From Amphiscolops sp. MND2022 (Eukaryota): DNA of 64,000 nucleotides. Numbering within the stretch: the stretch's first letter is position 1; the number at the start of each line of letters is the position of its first letter. Location of the stretch: positions 60,698,001 to 60,762,000 of the forward strand of contig OZ076414.1 in the NCBI GenBank assembly GCA_964187785.1, written 5' to 3'. Under the pieces are notes generated by a model. That model ran no database searches. It saw nothing but the letters and a program-made list of their open reading frames with translations, and had not been told where the DNA came from. Positions 59,340 to 64,000 of the stretch are shown piece after piece. A program made the translations under genes and the position numbers.

Positions 59340-62215
59340 TTGTGACACTCTGCCCGGTCAATTCAAATATGACTAAAGAAAAAAAAACAAAATCGCAATC
59401 TGAAACTCATTCAAAATCCGTTCCTTGCAGTATTTGCGAAAGTGAAGTCTCTGAAGGACTATGCTGTGACGACCCATGCCATATGTATCTTTCCTGGCCT
59501 CATTCAGCTTGAGACGAAAAACAAAATGCAGAATTACCCGACTTTCCTGGATATTTGACCATACCAAACAATTTATCTTCAAACCCTGGTCAGTCAGAGA
59601 GAGTTCTTTTTGCTCTCGATGTCAACATCAAGTCAAGCATTTCAATCTTGAAGTCGGAATCCAACATTCTACTTGTGCAATTTCTAATGCTTTGAGGAAA
59701 AAGATTCTAGTAGGACGGCTTTACTTTCGTCCAAATAGTATAGAAGAAATGAAATGAGCTCTCAATGAAATTAGACTTGCAGTAAAGAAAGGAAACGGCT
59801 TGGGCGTGTCCAATTTGCTTCTCCTTGACGACTTCAATGCAAGGCATCTAAACTGGGGTTACAAAAGCAATGCCCAAGGGGAAACTTCGAACAAGACCTC
59901 ATAGCACTGAATGATGGGGAGCCGAAATTCACTTGCAAAACGCCAAGCTACACAGGCCTTTTGCGGGATCGCAATGACTTTTACAGTGAAATATTCACTG
60001 GCGCCCAAAGAGAGGCCACTACCCAGTTATTGCCACTTTCGATCTCGCAGGAAACAGCAGATCCACTCATGTAAAAGACCTAAAAAAACTGATTGGGACA
60101 AATAGAGGGAACCCTAGAAATTTGCATTTAATCCCAATGTCTTGAAGTTGACGAATGCTGTGATGCTACATGTTTATGGGGCATCTTGCTGCAATGTTTC
60201 AGCAAAACAGCCAACCTCACTCTACCTCTCAAGCAAATCACTTCCCACTCAAATCCATACTTCAATGAAGAGTTGAAAATGCTATCACTTCAACTCCGAA
60301 AAGCCAGGAAAATAATGAAACTCAGATCGGACGCCATAAAAACTTTCAATTATGAAGCCCTCTGACATTATTTTCAGAATAACGTGATGAAATCCGAAGC
60401 TGAGCATTAGAAAAATTGTGCAGAAACCCTGAACACCAGCAAAGGCCCATATTTCTGAGAAGCCAAAAATTTGTTTACTCGGACCAGAGGAACAATACCA
60501 AAGGGTTGTCTCGTTTCAAATGTCAAAATTCGAGACAGTAACGCTGATAAATTTGAACATCACCGCGCTACGTTTTTCTCCGATGGTCACTATCACAGAA
60601 ATTTGTTTGACGAATCTTGGCTGCGAAATGTCGAAGACAAACTCACGGCAAATCTCCATCATGATTATATGCAAACACTGAGCACACAAATAAGCGAAGA
60701 AGAGCTTGACGACGCTCTGAAGGAAGCTTAAACGAGCAAGAAGTCATCCGACCGAGATAGCATGCATCCACTCATGCTTCGTCACCCCGAAACATTATTC
60801 AAAATTGCCTGTCTCAAGCTTTTTAACCTCTGGTTTTGTGCACCACCTAAATTTTGAATTAAAGTAGAGTCATTTTCCTCCGAGAACCTCATAAAGAAGA
60901 CTATATAATCGCTAACAATTACAGACCAATTACACTCTGACTTAATACACAGGAAGGTTGTTTGGACACAAAAAAGAGAGACGATTGAGAAATTATTTGG
61001 AGGCCAAAGTGCTGATTGGTGACAAACTCATAGACAATATTGAAAATTTTCTTGGGAAAAGAAAAGTAGCGGCTGCCCTTTTTATCGTCCTGGAGAAAGC
61101 ATTCGACTCAATTGGATTGACGGTCTCATGTATAAACACCGTGCAACAGCAATAAACAGCTTTAATTTGAACATCATTACCATTTTCTCCGCAACAGAAT
61201 TGTTTAAGTCGAAATAGGCGATAACCGATCAGAAAACTTCAAGCCAAAAGTTGGCTTCTCTCAAGGAAGCATTCTTTCTCCAAACGTTTTTAACTTCTAT
61301 ATTGCAGACATGTTCCAAGAATGCAACGGTAAAACTGAAAAGCACGCCGATGACGCCACACATTATTCACCAGGTGACACGATGGAAGAAACTAAGAAAC
61401 TCTTGTGCATCTCCGAGAAAATTTCGAGGAAATACACAAAAATGACTGGAAAGTGGCGTATGAATGTCGCGGGGCCGAAACCAGAAGTTGTCATCTTATG
61501 AAGTATCTGTGAAGAAATCCGATAATCTACAAGGAAAATAGTTTTGCGAGGAAGCACGATAAAATTTACGATAAAGTCAACGGCGCTCGGTATCACAATA
61601 GAGAACAAGTTGAACTTTCGAGCGCAATTCACGAAAACCTCAAGAAAAGCAGAAAAAGCCATGGACTTTGGAACCTCTTGTACAGAATCAATCTATCACG
61701 CCTTCTACCATTTTGAAGCTATTGTAGTGCATTGTGATCCCCGTGTGGACATACTTGAGTCATATTTGGGCCAATCCCAATGCATTCAGAACAAGCAGTT
61801 TATGGTACAAGATATTATCGAAATCCTCAAAAACCAAATACAAACACAAGCTCACCAATATGGATTACATATGTAGCCAATTTCCAACTAATCTTAAAAA
61901 TCAATAATCACAAGCTAATTTTGCTCATAAGAACGGTTTTGACTCTGACCAATGTTCAAGAGCCTTATCAGACTCCCATAGCAAAGTTTCGAGGTTACTA
62001 CAATCCAGCCTCCAAGGATTTGCAAATTTTTCAGGTATCGCTCCGGGTAAAAAATACACAAAACAAATCTGTGAACAAAAACTCGAACTCTGAAATCGCA
62101 GATTGAGAAATATAATGCCAGAATTATCTCCACCAGAATCAACAGAACAATTGATACCAAGATCTTTCAGCAAACATGCTACCAAATTGATTATTGAGAT
62201 GCTCACAAACCATTA
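59340..62215 (+). mobile_element. Heavily decayed LINE (PHD-like finger, APE and RT remnants)
   Basis: CSICESEVSEGLCCDDPC, LLDDFNARHLNWG, NYRPITL, EKAFDSI, FSQGSIL and HADDA remnants occur in order, with many stops. Confidence 0.7.
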
Positions 62216-63485
62216 CGTATAGTGTGCACAACATGTCTTCGTACCTCCATCTGCATTGAACTGATATTTGGCTCTACCTTTTGATTGCCATAATGGAAAA
62301 TTTGTTGACACTAGTACAAACTTATCAGGTCAAGATTCTTCAAAGCAGTCTGCACGCATGTCTGACTCTAACACTCATCGAACTTCCAGCCATGTGATGA
62401 AACAGTGTCGAAGGTTTTATGTTGCCATTAGTTTCGGCTAAATTAAGGTTTTTGGATGTGGCATTAAGAGGAAAACAAGACCAGGTTATTCGCTACATTT
62501 TTTGCCTTTTTTGTTTAGGAATTTAAAATGGAGTGAAAAGTGGAGTTTTGGCAGAATTTGGAAAAAATGGCAACATTGATCATGATTTTCCTCCCCCATA
62601 GACAATATAAGCAATAGTAACCTTGTCTGAGGGGGTTATTTGATGTTATGAATATTTGCAAGATGGCTCCAATCTTGGTTCAAAAGGTAAACAATATGGC
62701 TTTATGACATGTTGTTAAGGTGTGGAGCCATGGTTTTTCATGAGGTCTCATGCCAGTGATGTGCGCTTCAAAAAAGTTGCAAAATGACTTTTTGAGCATC
62801 TTACTTGGTGATAACTGATTTTTATTGTTTCCCTAGATTTGTAAGGTTTTATCTTTGTGACGTCGCATCAATGCAATGTGTACTTCATGCATTCCCAGTA
62901 GACAGTCTTCTCCATTATTATACAATCAGTTGCAGTCGGAGCATATTTCTCATTTTGTAGCAAGTTGTTAATTTGGGAAAAATTGGCCAAGTCTTTCAAC
63001 CTCACTCGAACTTCCAGTCATGTGAAAAAATAGTGATGCAGATTTTATTTAGAGAGTAGTTTCGGCTTTAAAGAGGATTTTGCAGGTTGCTTTAAAAGGG
63101 AGACTAGACAAGGGTATTCCTTACATCTTCGAGCCATTTTTTGTCCCTTTTGTTTCGGAAATTCCAGACGTTTTTTTCCAGTATCCGTCCGAGAACGATG
63201 TCAGAGTTGTTTTTCACTGTGAGAATCTCGTGTAAAATGCATGTATAAATGTTGAGGAAAAGTCTGAGAGGTTTTGTCCTGAATATAAGACTTTTCTGCA
63301 AGATTATTCCAAAAACATGCTTTGTTCAGCTTGGGAAGCCATTTTTTTCATCGATTCAGAACGATTAAAAATCGAGAAACGAAAACTTTATAAGCGAGTG
63401 GTGATCTTGGGTGCAGCTACTATCAAATGCCATCCAAAGAATTTCATTGTATGACAATAGTTTGTTTCAAGGAATACACAGTGAT

Positions 63486-63865
63486 CAGGGTGCAACTTCA
63501 ATTCGTCGAACATTCAAATCGTCGAAAAATGAAAAGCTATTCAATTCGTCGAAAGAATTTCATATCAGCGATTATTTTCTTTTGGTTATATTTTGTGGCG
63601 ATTAGCATATTTGTTGTATGGCTCGGTCGCTTCGCTCCCTTCGCCAAGTAGCAATATTGAGGCATGGCCATATGGCACGTCGCTCCGCTTCGCTTCGCTC
63701 CTGCATTTAGGGCACTAGGAGTATGTGGACATAGCTGACTACGTTATCGTAATTTTGAATGCTCGAATTTGATTGGCCGAAATCAATTCATTCCATTACG
63801 TTATACCATGCTCGCTAAATTAATACGTGTTCGACGAATTGAATGTTCGACGAATTGAACAGTTC
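63486..63865. mobile_element. hAT-like MITE carrying the shared gcgaagcg cassette in reverse
   Basis: cagggtgcaacttcaattcgtcgaa at left and ttcgacgaattgaa repeats at right; flanks acagtgat/ccagtgat. Confidence 0.5.
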
Positions 63866-64000
63866 CCAGTGATGACCAGTTTATTGCAGATTTGCAGGCT
63901 ACGCAAAAGTTCCTCTCGCTAAATTCAGTTTACAGTGTAATACGCCAAATTAGTCATAGGACCAGTTTTGCAACATAAGATAGTGTGTTTCTATCATGTA

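Noticed and set aside
59290-59370. Degenerate 2A-like motif before the PHD of the second LINE
   Set aside because: It needs several assumed indels and substitutions to reach DxExNPGP.
6-63651. Most 60-130 aa ORFs in the supplied track
   Set aside because: They lie in AT-rich repeats or introns, often start at non-ATG codons and show no domain similarity.

Overview
Eukaryotic (invertebrate animal; taxon not determinable from sequence) genomic DNA with GC-richer exons in AT-rich, transposon-filled introns. I reconstructed three co-oriented minus-strand genes by hand. (1) A USP44/USP49-type deubiquitinase: 9 coding exons, 21393->826, about 743 aa. (2) HBS1L ribosome-rescue GTPase: 12 coding exons, 46044->26446, about 725 aa. 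(3) An intronless 560-aa RING-finger ORF, 49481->47799. The rest is a layered TE landscape: a near full-length but broken L2/CR1-type LINE (SGNH ORF1, 2A-like peptide, APE, RT, 30-bp TSD), a second decayed LINE, two apparently identical inverted 915-bp pogo/Tigger deletion derivatives, several hAT and pogo MITEs with TSDs, an abundant DINE-1/Helentron-like family and tRNA-derived SINEs. There are no rRNA genes, functional tRNAs or CRISPR arrays. The most notable observations are: a GA-AG intron that the conserved USP frame needs, plus one or two GC-AG introns, all with a CAG|GNATG donor; two back-to-back perfect spacerless palindromes (176 and 290 bp) in HBS1L intron 1; a DIERNPG|P StopGo motif in the LINE; and splice acceptors just upstream of all three start codons.
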